A DNA stretch of 64,000 bases, from NCBI GenBank assembly GCA_963785305.1, contig CAWAUV010000004.1, positions 1 to 64,000 of the forward strand. Reading direction: 5' to 3'. The first letter of the stretch is position 1, and each line of letters starts with the position of its first letter. The notes beneath the pieces were generated by a model. The model saw only the letters and a program-made list of their open reading frames with translations. It was not told where the DNA came from and ran no database searches. Origin of the DNA: an uncultured Planctomycetaceae bacterium (GTDB lineage Bacteria > Planctomycetota > Planctomycetia > Pirellulales > PALSA-1355). The translations under genes and the position numbers were made by a program. Positions 22,589 to 35,200 of the stretch are shown here, in pieces.

Positions 22589-23673
22589 ATGGGGCAGCTT
22601 TTCTCGACGACCAAGCGAGCCGCCGCCGAATGCCCGCGCTCGCCGCGCATCGCCGCTCGTTGGGGCGCGGGGTTGCTGGCGGGCTTTGCCGCCGCGGGGC
22701 TGTTCGGTGGCTGCGCCAGCTTGTCGGCGCCGGCCCTGCCCTGCCGGAATGTGAATCTCGCCGAACAGGTCGGCGGCTATAAGTCGGCCGAGATATCCTA
22801 TCGCGTCGACGCTGGGCAGTTGAGCTTGCCGATGTCGGTGGCCCGAATCGAAGGTCGGCGAGTTTCGTTCGATGAAATCGTGAGCCGGCCGCAAGCCGGC
22901 AGCGCCTCGGGGCGACTCTCGATCCAATACCCACATCCCGATGGCCGCCCCGATGTGGCGCTCGCGCGCGTCGAGATTCAAAACGATCCCCGGCCACCGG
23001 TTGCTTATTGGAAGCCGAGCACATGGCGGCGCGGCGGTTCGGAAACCTCGGATGACGCGGTTTGCCATGAATCGTGGCGCCTCGACATGGGCAAGGCCGA
23101 CCTCGACGCGCTTATCGAACAATTGCGACGCGACGGTTGCCTGACGGACGAGCATCCCCACGCGAAGGGCTCGGAGCTGACGATCGGATTCGATGGTCGT
23201 CGCGTAACCAAGCCCTGGGGCCAATCGCCGGCGCTCGAAGCGGCCATGCAGCGAGTGCGCTCGAGGGGCAATTGCTCGCCTTGCGTCGACCCGCGACCCC
23301 GCCCGGCAAGACATCCATGACCTCGAGCCTGGTGAGCTATCGCAACCTGGTGCAAGAAGGCGGCGGAGGCGACTCGCCTCGAACGCTCTCCCTCGCCACG
23401 AGCGGCCTGCTTGTTCCTAACCAACCAGCCGCGCCTGACAGTCCCACTTCGCCCGAGCGGACCGCGCCCGGCGTCGGCGCTCCAGCCAGCTCGCTCGCCG
23501 CATATCCCGGCGCCGCAACGCCCTCGGGCCGACCTTTCACGGGCGCTTCGCCCCCCGCGGCCGAACTGGCCCGAGCGCGCCGGTGGAGTGCGCTAGGCCG
23601 CGTTCGCGATCCGTTTGATGGCGGGTCCGATTTCGAGCGCACTTGCGGGCTGTTTGCCATCTGTCGACAATGA
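22589..23673 (+). CDS. Hypothetical lipoprotein, probably frameshifted near 23290
   Basis: Lipobox-like LFGGC; ORF 22589..23320 may continue into the TSSLVSYR frame ending at 23673. Confidence 0.5.
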
Positions 23674-23739
23674 GCGGCACATCGCTCGGTTCTTGCCCGC
23701 CACTATCTATTGCCGCCGGTCGCACGAGAGGTTTTTCCC

Positions 23740-24462
23740 ATGCAACAATACATGGTCCTGGCCAGCGACTACGATGGCACGCTCGCCGAGCACGGACGCT
23801 TGTCGCCCGCGACGCGCACGGCGCTGATTCGGCTCCGCGAGTCCGGCCGCGCGGTGATTCTCGTCACGGGTCGCGAGCTCCATGATCTTCGCCGGGTGTG
23901 TCCCGAACTGACGCTCTTCGACCGAATCGTGACCGAAAACGGCGCGGTGCTCATCGATCCGCGGGTGGGCGAAGAAAAGCTGCTCTGCGAGGCGCCGCCC
24001 GAGGCGCTGTTCGCCGAACTCGAGGCCCGCGGTTTGGGATTTCTATATCGCGGCCGCGTGATCGTGGCCACGACCACGGAGTACGAAAACGTGCTCGCCG
24101 ATTCGTTGGCCGCCGTGGGGCTCGACTGGAACCTGATCTATAACAAGGGGGCGGTGATGGCGCTCCCCCGCGGCGTGGACAAAGCGCTCGGTTTGCGGGC
24201 GGCGCTCGACGAACTGGGGGCGCCGGCCGAGCAAGCGATCGGCGCCGGCGACGCGGAAAACGATGCCCCGCTCTTGACCACCTGCGGCCTGGGAGTGGCG
24301 GTGGCCGGAGCGCTCGACTCGCTCAAGGCCATCGCGGACATTGTGACGCCATCGGACCACGGCGACGGAATTCGAGAGCTTGTCGAGCACTGGCTGAGCG
24401 GAACCCAAAACGGTATTACTCGGGCCGACGCGGCTGGGAACATCGCCGCGAAGCGAGCCTGA
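23740..24462 (+). CDS. HAD-superfamily hydrolase (Cof/IIB type)
   Basis: DYDGTL, VTGR, GVDKA and GDAEND. Confidence 0.9.
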   Translation: MQQYMVLASDYDGTLAEHGRLSPATRTALIRLRESGRAVILVTGRELHDLRRVCPELTLFDRIVTENGAVLIDPRVGEEKLLCEAPPEALFAELEARGLGFLYRGRVIVATTTEYENVLADSLAAVGLDWNLIYNKGAVMALPRGVDKALGLRAALDELGAPAEQAIGAGDAENDAPLLTTCGLGVAVAGALDSLKAIADIVTPSDHGDGIRELVEHWLSGTQNGITRADAAGNIAAKRA

Positions 24463-24528
24463 GGCCGCGCCGCTCAAGAAGAGACGGCTGGCCGGGGGCG
24501 AGGGATTGAAATCGCCCGCGGAGCCGGC

Positions 24529-25845
24529 TCACCAGTAGAACGCGCCACTGTAGCGAATGGGCTGTGTGTAGGCGTAGGGCGAGGCCGGAGCGCCCTCGGT
24601 GTAGCCATAGGCAAACGGCAGGGTGTAGGGCCCATTGCCGAAGCTATTGTAGTTGAACGTCGCCGGACCGAAGCTCGCGGGGCCGTAAGCATGAAGGCCG
24701 TGAAACACAGGTCCGAAGCCAAAGGCTTGATACGGCAGCGTCGAAGCGGTTCCATAGCCATAACCGCCAAACACGCCGCCGGCGCCGCCCGCCCCAATGC
24801 CTCCGCCGGGCCCTCCGAGGCCGCCGTAGCCACCGAAGCCGGTATATCCACCGTTGTAACCACCCACGCCCCCCATGCGGCCCGGCCCAGATCCGCCTGC
24901 CCAGGTTCCGAGGAAGCCGCTGCCCACGCCGGCACTGTAACCGGGATAACCGCCGCCGAAGTAGCCGCGATTGCCGGTGGCCATGTATGCCCAGGGAAAG
25001 AAACCCCAGTTACCGTAGTAGGGCCAACCGCCGTAGCGATAGTAATACGACCGATAAGCGGCATAGTCGGCCGGCGCATAGCTGCCCGCGACCGTGCCAA
25101 AGTACCAGGGATAGTGGTACGAGAAGGTGCGATGGCTGAGCGACTCGGCCTGATTCAGATCGAGCGTCGCAAAATCGACAGCGCCGGCATCGACAGCGCC
25201 GGAATCGACCACCGCCGGAGCGGCGAAAACCGGCGCCGCGCTTCCGGCCGCGTCGCTGGATTTTCGCGGAATAATCGGGCCGGGTGGATAGGGCCCGCCG
25301 CCGCGACGGCTCGCCTCGCTACCGCCGATGGCGTTGCCCGTGATCGCGTCGCCCGTGTGAATCGCTTCGAGCGCGGCGTCGGGCCGAGCATAGTTGTATG
25401 GTGAACTCGAGAGCCTCATGGCCGGCATGCTGCTCGCCGCGCTCTTCGCGGCTGGCGCTGTCGATGGCCGCGTTATCGGCGCTACGCGGCCGTGCATCGT
25501 CGGCATCGACGAACCGCGCCGGCCAGCGCTATTGCCGCGTTGAATCGCGCCATCGGCCGCGCTGCCCAGAATGCGTCCTCCGCTCCGCGACTCGCCCGAC
25601 GCCGCCGGGCTATCGGCCAACTTCATGATATGGGGAATCGTCGGCTTGCCGTACACATAGGTGAAGATCGCCGTCTTGATCAGCGGGCCCGAGGGCGCCT
25701 CATCTGCCGCCGTGGACAGCGCGGCGCCCATCAAACCGTAGACGACGAGCGCGAGCGGCGCGTGCAAAAAAAAGAGCCCTCCCAACGACGAAGTCGTCTG
25801 ACGGGCCGGCGAACAAATCATTCGCAGCTTCCGAAACGCGGGCAT
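24529..25845 (-). CDS. Secreted low-complexity protein with Gly/Tyr-rich C-terminal half
   Basis: Hydrophobic N-region, Ala/Ser linker, GY-rich tail ending YSGAFYW. Confidence 0.7.
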   Translation of the reverse strand: MPAFRKLRMICSPARQTTSSLGGLFFLHAPLALVVYGLMGAALSTAADEAPSGPLIKTAIFTYVYGKPTIPHIMKLADSPAASGESRSGGRILGSAADGAIQRGNSAGRRGSSMPTMHGRVAPITRPSTAPAAKSAASSMPAMRLSSSPYNYARPDAALEAIHTGDAITGNAIGGSEASRRGGGPYPPGPIIPRKSSDAAGSAAPVFAAPAVVDSGAVDAGAVDFATLDLNQAESLSHRTFSYHYPWYFGTVAGSYAPADYAAYRSYYYRYGGWPYYGNWGFFPWAYMATGNRGYFGGGYPGYSAGVGSGFLGTWAGGSGPGRMGGVGGYNGGYTGFGGYGGLGGPGGGIGAGGAGGVFGGYGYGTASTLPYQAFGFGPVFHGLHAYGPASFGPATFNYNSFGNGPYTLPFAYGYTEGAPASPYAYTQPIRYSGAFYW

Positions 25846-26003
25846 TAGTCGCTCCCAAGGGAAAGCAATACCGAGCCGCGCCGCTGATTGCCCCAATTGC
25901 ACGAGCAATCCCGCTTGCGGCCTCGCCACACCTTCCCCTCCATGCTAAGACCAAGGCGCCCCAGTTTCAATAGTCCGCCGACCGAAATTGGCCGCCGCCG
26001 TCG

Positions 26004-26599
26004 TCACAACCTATTACGGCGATGTAAGAAACGGCCGAAGGCCGCCACGGCGAACCTAACCAGATCTCCAGCATATTCAGCGCCGCGCTGATAGCGAATC
26101 AGGCTTTGCGGGTGATAGGCCGCCAAGCGCGCGGCGCCGCCGAGCTCGCTCAGTTCGATCACAAACGCGGCGCCCACAACCACGGCGCCCGCCTTTTCCA
26201 CCAATCGGCAACACGCTTCGACCGTTCCGCCCGTGGCCAGGAGATCGTCGACGATCAGCACCCGTTGGCCGACGGAGAGTCCATCAATGTGAATATGCAG
26301 CGTATCGCTGCCATATTCCAGATCGTACCGAAACGCATGCGTCTTGAACGGCAGTTTGCCCGGCTTTCGCACCGGCACGAACCCGACATTCAGTTCCAGC
26401 GCCAGGGCGCGGCGAAGATAAAGCCGCGGGCTTCGGCGGCCGCCACCACATCGATCCGCGCGTCGCGATATTGCTCGGCCAACTGGCGAATCGTTTCCCG
26501 CAGCGCTTCGGGCGAAAGCAACAGCGGCGTGATGTCGCGAAACAAGATGCCCGGTTTTGGAAAGTCGGGCACAGCGCGAATATAGTCGGACAGTTGCAT
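26004..26599 (-). CDS. apt: Adenine phosphoribosyltransferase, frameshift ~26410
   Basis: [41 protein letters not shown] and [10 protein letters not shown]. Confidence 0.95.
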
Positions 26600-26809
26600 G
26601 GCGAATTCCAAAGGCGCGGCTAGCGGCGCGATGACGGGGCTCAACCGTGCTCGGCCACGGGAGCCGGCAGGTCTGGGCAACTCGGCGCGACTCGCCCTTC
26701 ATAGCCGAGCCGTCGCCCGAGAGCAAGGCTTGGCCCCAGCCGCCGGGCATTGGGCCCAAGGATCGCGGCATGGCGCCCGAGACGGTCCGGCCGCGACGCG
26801 CCGATGGCT

Positions 26810-27652
26810 TCAGCGGCTGGGTTCATGCAGGCCGTGGGCCAATTTGCCGAGCGCCTCGGTTTCGATCTGCCGCACGCGCTCGCGAGTGAGTCCCATCGAC
26901 TCGCCGATCTCCTTCAGGGTGCGTGGCTCGTTGTCTTCGAGGCCGAATCGCATTTTGAGCACCGTGGCCTCGCGGCCGTCCATGTCCTCGAGCATTCGCA
27001 GCACATGCACCAAGCTGTCGCTGTCGACTAGTTCGTCCTCGGGGCTTTTCAGCCGATCGTCCATAATCATTTCGCCGAGCGACCAACCGGCCTCGGCTTG
27101 ATCGGTTTGCGGCGTCGAGTTGTAGATGCGAATCGCCTTCTTGATGATCGGCAGCTTTTTCTTGGGCAGGCCAAGCACCCGCGCGATCTCCTCGGGCGTC
27201 GGGGTGCGGCCGAGCTCCTCGGTGAGCCGGGCGCTGGCTCGGCGCCACTTCGAGAGCAGTTCGACCATGTAGGCCGGAATGCGAATCGTCTTGGCGGTGT
27301 TGATCAGCGCGCGTTTGATCGATTGCTTGATCCAATAGCTCGCGTAGGTGCTGAAGCGGGTGCCGATCGCCGGATCGAAGCCTTCGACCGCCCGCAGCAG
27401 GCCGAGATTGCCTTCCTCGATCAGGTCTTGCAGGCTCAGGCCTTTGCCGGTGTAGCCGCGAGCAATGTTCACCACGAGCCGCAGGTTGGCCCGCACCATG
27501 TGGTCGCGAGCGCGGATATCGCCGCGACCGATCGCGCCAGCGAGCTCGTGTTCGTCCTTGGCCGAGAGGAGCGAGGTTTCGTTGATTTCGCGGAGATAGG
27601 TCTCGAGCGGCGTTTGCACCGCCGAAGAGGATCGGCGTCGGGTGGTGGCCAT
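26810..27652 (-). CDS. RNA polymerase sigma-70 factor (RpoD/RpoS-like, lacks region 1.1)
   Basis: [34 protein letters not shown] and TRERVRQIE. Confidence 0.93.
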   Translation of the reverse strand: MATTRRRSSSAVQTPLETYLREINETSLLSAKDEHELAGAIGRGDIRARDHMVRANLRLVVNIARGYTGKGLSLQDLIEEGNLGLLRAVEGFDPAIGTRFSTYASYWIKQSIKRALINTAKTIRIPAYMVELLSKWRRASARLTEELGRTPTPEEIARVLGLPKKKLPIIKKAIRIYNSTPQTDQAEAGWSLGEMIMDDRLKSPEDELVDSDSLVHVLRMLEDMDGREATVLKMRFGLEDNEPRTLKEIGESMGLTRERVRQIETEALGKLAHGLHEPSR

Positions 27653-28016
27653 TTTGGGGAAAGTCCTCTCGGGGGAGAAACGATCGAGCCGCGCGTGCGG
27701 TAACAAGCATGCTATCGTCACCCGGCGCTCGGCTTCTGCAACCCGCTCCGGCGGCGTAGCCATGCGCGGAATGTGCGGCGGGTTACGCAGTTACGGATCG
27801 CGACGAAGACGACCGCGAAGAGCGGGCCTGGTGATCGGTTTCTGCCTTTTGAAGCGCGTATGCCGGCCCGGCGCGGGCGCCTTGGCCTGACACAGAAGCG
27901 ACTTAATCCAGGCTTGGCCATGAACCCACTGTGGGCTCTAGGCAGGACAGCCGAATGCCTAAGGAAAAACCTCATGCGCAAGCGTCCACATCCGGACGCG
28001 GCGCCCAAACCGCGCC

Positions 28017-28045
28017 TTGCAACCGGGGCGGTGTCCGCATAAGCT
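28017..28045 (+). promoter_or_regulatory. Putative sigma-70 promoter of ilvB
   Basis: TTGCAA-17 nt-TAAGCT about 75 nt before the start. Confidence 0.45.
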
Positions 28046-28118
28046 AAATTGTTTGCCGCGGGCAGCGCTCGTTGCCCGTTTTTCGGCTCTTTGTCTTGGC
28101 GTTTTCGGAGGTTTTGCC

Positions 28119-29888
28119 GTGTCGACGTTGCAGTCCCCGCGTTCCGTGGCTCAGTTGCAATCGGGCGCTGATATTCTTGTGGAATCGCTCGTGCGGCACG
28201 GCGTGGATACGATTTTCGCCTATCCGGGCGGAGCAAGCATGCCGCTGCATCAGAGTCTGGTGAAATATCGCGACCGCATTCGCACGATCCTCCCCCGCCA
28301 TGAGCAGGGCGGCGGCTTTGCCGCCCAGGGCTATTCTCGCAGCACCGGCAAGCCCGGTGTGTGCATGGCCACCAGCGGCCCCGGCGCCACGAATCTGGTC
28401 ACCGTGCTCGCCGACGCCAAGCTCGACAGCATTCCGCTCGTGGCCATCACCGGGCAAGTGAAAAGCAGCTTCATCGGCAGCGACGCCTTTCAGGAAACAC
28501 CCATTGTCGAAGTCTGCCGCGGCATCACCAAGCACCATTACTTGGTGACCGATATCAACGATCTGGCCCGCGTCGTGCGCGAGGCGTTTCATATCGCCAC
28601 GACCGGCCGGCCCGGGCCGGTGCTCATCGACTTGCCGAAGGATGTGCAGCAGTCCCAGATCGTGGCGGACTACGATGTGCCGATGAATCTGCCCGGCTAC
28701 CGGGTCGAAGACCGTCGGGCGCGTCCCGAGCAGATTGCCCAAGTGGCCGCGGCGATCAAGCGGTCGAAGCGCCCGGTGATCTACACCGGCGGCGGCGTGA
28801 TGCTTTCGGGCGCGAGCGACGAACTGCGCGAGTTGGCCCGGCGTACGAAGATTCCGGTGACAATGACTTTGATGGGCCTGGGCGCGTTTCCGGCCGACGA
28901 CGCCCTGTCGCTGGGCATGCTCGGCATGCACGGCAGCGCGTTTGCCAACTACGCGGTCGATCAGGCCGATCTCTTGATCGCCCTGGGAGTGCGGTTCGAC
29001 GATCGCGTGACCGGCAAGCTTTCCGAGTTCGCCAAGCACGGCAAGATCGTGCATATCGATATCGACCCCTCGGAAATCAATAAGAATAAAGAGGCCCACA
29101 TCCCGATCGTGAGCGACGTGAAACACGCGCTCGCGGAACTCAACAAGATCGTCGAAGCGCCCGAGGACTTGTCGGCTTGGCATGCGACGATCGCCGGCTG
29201 GAAAAACAGGTATCCGCTGCACTACGACCAAAACGCCAAGGGCATTTTGGCCCAGCACGCGATCGCCGAGCTCAGCCGCATGACGAAAGACCTGAACCCG
29301 ATCGTGAGCGTGGGCGTGGGCCAGCATCAAATGTGGGCCGCTCAGTTCTTCCAGCTCCGCCAGCCCCGGGCTTGGCTCTCGAGCAGCGGGCTCGGCACCA
29401 TGGGTTTCGGCCTGCCGGCCGCCATGGGCGCCAAGGCCGCGCATCCGGATCGGCTCGTGTTCGATATCGACGGCGATGGCAGCTTCCTGATGAATATCCA
29501 GGAGCTCGCCACCTGCCACTGCGAGAAACTGCCGGTGAAAGTGCTGCTGCTCAATAACCAACATCTCGGCATGGTGGTGCAGTGGGAAGATCGCTTCCAT
29601 GAAGGCGTGCGAGCGCACACTTACTTGGGACCAATCGATAATCCCGAGGCCAAAGGTCAGGGCAACGGCATCGGCCCGGTGAGCCGCTATCCCGATTTCG
29701 TGTCCATCGCCAAGGGCTTCGGCTGCGGCGCTCGCTATGTTCGCGAGAAGAGCGAACTGACCGACGCGCTGCAAGAAATGATCGACTATCCTGGCCCGTT
29801 CGTGCTCGATGTCGAAGTGCCCTATCAGGAACACGTGCTCCCCATGATCCCTGGCGGCGGCACGGTGAAAGACCTGATCTTGGAATAG
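28119..29888 (+). CDS. ilvB: Acetolactate synthase large subunit
   Basis: [25 protein letters not shown] and GDGSFLMN (TPP motif); GTG start after GGAG. Confidence 0.95.
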   Translation: MSTLQSPRSVAQLQSGADILVESLVRHGVDTIFAYPGGASMPLHQSLVKYRDRIRTILPRHEQGGGFAAQGYSRSTGKPGVCMATSGPGATNLVTVLADAKLDSIPLVAITGQVKSSFIGSDAFQETPIVEVCRGITKHHYLVTDINDLARVVREAFHIATTGRPGPVLIDLPKDVQQSQIVADYDVPMNLPGYRVEDRRARPEQIAQVAAAIKRSKRPVIYTGGGVMLSGASDELRELARRTKIPVTMTLMGLGAFPADDALSLGMLGMHGSAFANYAVDQADLLIALGVRFDDRVTGKLSEFAKHGKIVHIDIDPSEINKNKEAHIPIVSDVKHALAELNKIVEAPEDLSAWHATIAGWKNRYPLHYDQNAKGILAQHAIAELSRMTKDLNPIVSVGVGQHQMWAAQFFQLRQPRAWLSSSGLGTMGFGLPAAMGAKAAHPDRLVFDIDGDGSFLMNIQELATCHCEKLPVKVLLLNNQHLGMVVQWEDRFHEGVRAHTYLGPIDNPEAKGQGNGIGPVSRYPDFVSIAKGFGCGARYVREKSELTDALQEMIDYPGPFVLDVEVPYQEHVLPMIPGGGTVKDLILE

Positions 29889-29938
29889 GGCCGCGGCGCG
29901 CTGGATAACCGTGGCCGAGCACGAGGCCGGCGAAATCG

Positions 29939-30685
29939 TTACCCGCGTTCGGTGGCGGCGGCCAGTCGTTCGACCATGAATTCGATTGCCGGCGGGGCCA
30001 TGCGCTCGTAATACTCGAACGAATGGCCGCCGCCCGTGGTGGCGAGGTCGCAGTGGTGCGGCACGCCGAGGGCCACGAGTTTTTCCCGCAATCGCTGGGC
30101 GCTCGCGTGCCGCAGCGCATCGGCCGGGTCGCAGCAGAACCATAGTCCGCGCGGCCAGTTGAGCGGATGCACATGCAGCGTGGCTGTGTCTTGCCGGGCA
30201 TGTTCGGCGTTTTTGTACATCGCCGCCAACACGGCGTCGCCCTCGCGCATGCGCATTTGAAAATCGATCGCCGGCGAAATTCCCGCCGCCACCGGAAAGA
30301 CTCGCGGATGCTTCAAGGCAAACCGCAGCGCGCCTTGGCCACCCATGCTCGTGCCGAAAATCCCCACGCTCGGCGGCGCGATGTTCCACTGCGCGGCCAG
30401 CCACGGCAGAACCCGGTCGAGCACATAGCGCTCGGCCGTGATCCGTGGGTCGAAGGCCGAACAAATGCGATCGGTCCACCAGCTTGGGCCGGCGCCGGGG
30501 CAGAGCACTCGCAAGCCGTGCTGCTCGAAGAGCGCGTTGAATATCGGCTTGTCGCGCAGGCTTTGCGAATGCACGCCGTGCAGATACACGAGGGAAGCGC
30601 CATCGGCCCGCGGCGCCACGGGCACGAACATCTCGCACGCATGCCCCGCGAGATCGAACTCGGACCAGCCGCCGATGGCGTTCAT
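29939..30685 (-). CDS. Putative esterase (alpha/beta hydrolase)
   Basis: YLHG, GTSMGG nucleophile elbow and GGHSFEY. Confidence 0.85.
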   Translation of the reverse strand: MNAIGGWSEFDLAGHACEMFVPVAPRADGASLVYLHGVHSQSLRDKPIFNALFEQHGLRVLCPGAGPSWWTDRICSAFDPRITAERYVLDRVLPWLAAQWNIAPPSVGIFGTSMGGQGALRFALKHPRVFPVAAGISPAIDFQMRMREGDAVLAAMYKNAEHARQDTATLHVHPLNWPRGLWFCCDPADALRHASAQRLREKLVALGVPHHCDLATTGGGHSFEYYERMAPPAIEFMVERLAAATERG

Positions 30686-30707
30686 AAAACGGCTCGCTTA
30701 TCGCTAA

Positions 30708-31064
30708 TCATGCGGAACCAGACTCGCCCTCGAGCACATGCGCGATCGCTTCGACCGACGCGGTGAGCGAACGGGCCGCCATCTGGAAATTCGTGTGCGT
30801 CGACACCTCGGGCTGGATTTCGGCGAACAGCTCCGCCGCCGCGCGAAGCTTGGCCAGCTTCTTCCTTGCCAGTTTCAAATACGCCGCCGGGTCGTTCGCG
30901 CGAGCGGAGGGACCGGTGGCGAGCTGGTAGTCGTAGAGCGCGCGATGGATCTCTTGCAATTGCTCATCGTCGACCGATTCGTCGGCATGCTTGAGAAATG
31001 CCCGCACCATCCACACATGGGCCAACTCGGTTTCGATCGCCCGCATCGCGTCGTTCGGTTCCAT
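30708..31064 (-). CDS. Conserved-looking helical hypothetical protein
   Basis: HVWMVRAFLKH...STHTNFQMA; tightly packed between co-oriented genes. Confidence 0.7.
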   Translation of the reverse strand: MEPNDAMRAIETELAHVWMVRAFLKHADESVDDEQLQEIHRALYDYQLATGPSARANDPAAYLKLARKKLAKLRAAAELFAEIQPEVSTHTNFQMAARSLTASVEAIAHVLEGESGSA

Positions 31065-31089
31065 GGTCAAGTCCACGGGGCAAGTCGTG

Positions 31090-32164
31090 TCAGGCCTTGG
31101 CCGGCTCGGAGTGACCATGATGCGCGAGCGCCTTGGGCCGCGGCGCGAACACAAGCACCACCACGGCGCCCACGGCCACCACGATCAAACCGGCATAGAA
31201 AAACGCCGAGGCGTCGGCGAAGTGAAGCGTTTTACTGCTGAGTACCGTGACGAAGGTGTTGATCACCGGAGCCACACCGAACACGAGCGGCATCACATAG
31301 ATCGGCTTACCGCCGAAATTGAAGGCCATGATGATGCCGATGGCGCCGAACGCGCCCACGGCGCCGCCCCCGAGACTCCAGAGCACGCCCTCGGTCGTCC
31401 AGTTGCCGGGCTCGCCGCCCGACATCTTGATGACGGGAATGATCACGGCGATCAGAAAATACGCGAGACCCACGCAGATCAAGGGGCGAAGGCGGCTGCC
31501 GGCCATTTTCATTTGGCCCTTATGCAGCGTGGGACCATAGGCGCCCCAGGAGAGCGCGGTCGTGGCGACCCACAAGCCGACGAGGGCGAGATTCACCGCC
31601 TTCGATTCGCTGGGCGCGGCCAAGTGCTTGGTCTCGGCCGGTTCGGCGCTCGCCGGTTTGGCATCGGCCAACGGGGAATCGGCCACCGGCGCCTTTTGGC
31701 GGGGCGCGTCATGCGGTCGCGTGAAGAGCACCGTGGCGGCGCCACTGATCACGAGAATGAGGCCGGCTAAAAACATCGGATTCACTTCGCGATAGCTTTT
31801 GTTCATATGCATGGTGATGAATGTATTCACCACCGGCGCCCCGCCGAACACGAGCGGCATCACATAGAGCGGGTTGCCATGATTTCGTAGCGCCATAATC
31901 ACTCCCAGCGCGCCACCGCGCCGAGCCGCCCGCCACGAAACTCCATCCGAAACCACCCACGGTCCAGGCCCCTTTTTCGCCCTTGAGCCACAACAGCGCT
32001 CCCGGCAATAGCACGGCAATCAGAAAATAAGCCGCCCCGACACACACGAACGGACGTAGCGGGCTGCCCATATCGCGCGAGCCGGCCTGGAGCACAGGGC
32101 CATACACGCCCCAAGACAGAGCGGCCATGGCAATGAACAGAAAAATGGCGATCATGCCACGCAT
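31090..32164 (-). CDS. Internally duplicated multi-TM protein (DMT/EamA-like), frameshifted ~31880-31925
   Basis: Each half has SWGxYGP...RPxxCVGxAYFLIAV...YVMPLVFGxAPVxNTF. Confidence 0.75.
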
Positions 32165-32292
32165 TTCGAGCACTCCAATGGCGGGATGGGAAACCAGGGG
32201 AACAACGTCGAAACCGATGCTTCGTCGAAACAGGCGAGACCGCCCGCACTTGAGGGCGGCGGCGTCTAGCGGCGCGTTAGTGTAACATGCGA

Positions 32293-35200
32293 TCAATCGT
32301 CCCGCAGCGCCGCAATCAGCGGGGCGGCGAGCGTCGCGCGGGCCGCCCCGAGTCCGGCCACGGCGCCGGCGGCCAGCACCACGGCGAGCAGCGATGTCAA
32401 TCGCATCCACGGCAACCCGGCGGCGCTCCCGACGAGATGCGGCGCCACCGCCACCGCCGCCGCGAACACTCCGGCCACTAGCCCGCCGGCAAGCAGCGAG
32501 AGGTTTTCGAGCATCACGAGCGCCGCCAGCCGGCGACGCCGAAATCCCACGGCCCGCATCAGCGCCAATTCGCCGCGGCGCTCGAACACGCTCCGCAGCT
32601 CCACCGCCGCCAAGCCCACCACTCCGAGTAGTAGTCCCAGCCCGCCGAGCGATTGAAAAGTCGCCAGATACGTATTCTGCACCGCCATCAGACTCGCCAG
32701 CCGTTTGGCCGAGGGCTCGCAGGTGAAGCCGTAGTCGCCGAGCCGATCCTCGAGCACACGCTCGGTCGCGGCGACGCGCGCGGCAAGTTGTTGCTTGGCG
32801 ACGCCGGCGATGGCCTTGGCCGCTCCGTGGCCTTGCCCGCTGGCGCCGCTCGCGGCATTTCCGTTCGCGCCGATCTCGCCCGGCTCGACAAGGAAATAGC
32901 GGTACCCCGACGAGTTGGGAAAATGGTCGATGAAGCTCTGCTCGCCCACGAGCACGCTTCCTTGAAACATGCTGTTCTTGAGCAGGCCCACGATTTCGAT
33001 CTTGAGCCGACGCCCATGATCGTCGTCAATCGCGAGCCGGTCGCCAAGGCCCAGATGCAAACTATACATCGCCGTGTTTTCATCGAGCACACCGGGAATA
33101 ATCGACTCGGCGGTGGAGCGATTCGTGGCGGCGCTCCCGTCATCGCTAGCGGGCTTTTCCAGCAGGAGCCAGGGATTTTCTTGCTCGCGCGGTGTCTTGG
33201 CGAGTGTGCTCGACCAAGCGAATCCGCCGCGTTCGACGAGCGACCGGGGTACTCCCAACACCCGCGGCTGGGTCGGCTGATAGAGGTTCAGGCAACTGGC
33301 GTCGTCGCCCCCGCGGAGGCGAAGCCCCAGGATTTTGGCGCCGGCGAGCACTTTCTCATCGTCGGTGGAAAAACCGAGCTGATCGCGCACTTCGCGCGAA
33401 GACAGGTATTGATAGATCGGCTGCGACGATTGGCCGAGAATCGCGAATCCGCCGCTGCCCGAATTTCGCGAGCCCAATTCGCTAGCCGGATCGAGTTCAA
33501 AGGCCCCAATCGCGATGATCAGAAACGACGCCGACGCCACGAGCCCCATCGCCAGCGAGCTACGTGCCGGATGCCGCGCTTCGTTGCGACCGGCGAGCGT
33601 GACCAGTGGAAAGGCGCCGGTCGAGAGAGCGCTTCGCGCCGCGATTCGCTTGAGCCGCGACCAGCGCATCGCGATCCAGGCCGCGAGCACCGCGGCGCCC
33701 GAGGCGAAAAACGCCCCGGCTTGCGCTTCGCCGCCGAGCCCCAAAGCCGCGAATCCGCTGGCCAGCGCCAGCGTTGCGCTGCCGGCGGCGATCCATCGCG
33801 GTCGGGCGCCGGTTTTTGCCGGACCGAGCGAGGCGACCTCGGTTTGTCCGGCGAGCAAGCGTCGAACCGGCATGCGCCGCAAGCGTCGCAGCGAGACATG
33901 CACCGCCACGAGCGACACCAGCACTCCACTCGCGAAGCCGATCAGCAAACTTTCCCCGGACCAATAAAGCCGCAAGAAGGGCGTCGACACCGCGGCGAGC
34001 CACCAAGTGCGAAGCCCCACCAGCATCAGCCATGCGTAGCCGAGCCCGGCCACGGCGCCGAGCGCGGAGCCGATACAGGTGATGACCAAACCCTCGCCGG
34101 CCAGGAGCCAATAAATGCGCCGCGCGGAAAATCCCGCCGCCTCGAGCACGCCGATCTCGCGGGCGCGCCGTTCGATGCCGAGCCCAAAGAGCAGCGCCAC
34201 CAATAGCGCCGCCGCGACAATCAGAAACATGCTGAATCCGAGAAACAGCAGATTGAAGGGCGTCGTGCCGCGCGAGGCCATGAGAGCGAGCTTCCGCACC
34301 GGCAGAAGCGTCACTCCCATGCTTGCCGGATCGAGCCGCGCGGCCAGTTCCGCGCCGAGCGATTCGATGGAGCTCGACTCGACGGGATTTATTTCGATCG
34401 AAGTCACGTCGCCAAAGCGGCTGTTCCACAATCGTTGACCGGTGGCGAGCGAAACAAACGCCTTGGGTGTCGTGCGGTAGCGATCCCAATACTGTTCGTC
34501 GACTTTACGCACTCGGCCCGGTTCAAAGGGGAACGGCGGATCCCAGTCGGCGATCGACTTCTGATCGGTCACGCCGCGCAGTTCGGGCGTCAGCTCGCGA
34601 TCGGCGCCGCGGCCGGTCATCGCCACGATTGCCGCCAGCCGCAGACGCGCCGATGTCTCTTGGGTGTGGCCATGCACGCTTTCGGGCTTGAAATAGTCCA
34701 CGCGAATTTCATCGCCCAGCTTGGCGCCTAATTGTCCGACGGCCCAGTCGTTGAGCGCGATCTCGCCTTCGCCGAGCGGTGGAATCGGTTTCCCCTCGGG
34801 CGAGAGAAAAGGGCCTTGCGGCGGCGTCTCGGCGAAGTCGATCGCCGCGATCGTGGAATAGGGAATCTCGGCCCCGGGCTCCGCCTTGCTTGCCAGAGCG
34901 ATCGTGTTGGCCAAATAGGTCTGCGTGGCGTGAGGCGAGTCGGCGGCAAAGAGCTGCATTGCTTGCCGCACGACCTCGGGTTCGAAAAGCATGCGTTCGC
35001 TCGATAAACGCCAGTAGCCGGCCGCGGTCGCTTGGAGCGCGAGCCCATAATCGGCGAGCGAGAGCGGCGGCGGCGGCGGACCGGGGACGGATTGTGACAA
35101 ACTCGATTGAGACAAGGTCGATTGCGAGGCGGCTTCGCCCGTGGCGGCGATAAACATCGCATTGGCCCGGCCGGGCTGCTCGAGCATATTTTGCAGCAGT

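Noticed and set aside
27653..28118. Possible ilvB attenuator or leader peptide
   Set aside because: The short [25 protein letters not shown] is not rich in Ile/Leu/Val and no terminator with a U-tract precedes ilvB
28044..30638. 864-aa minus-strand ORF and similar long ORFs (3298..4926, 10386..12212, 32653..34206, 41509..42981)
   Set aside because: Antisense shadows of real genes in high-GC DNA, with no recognisable motifs
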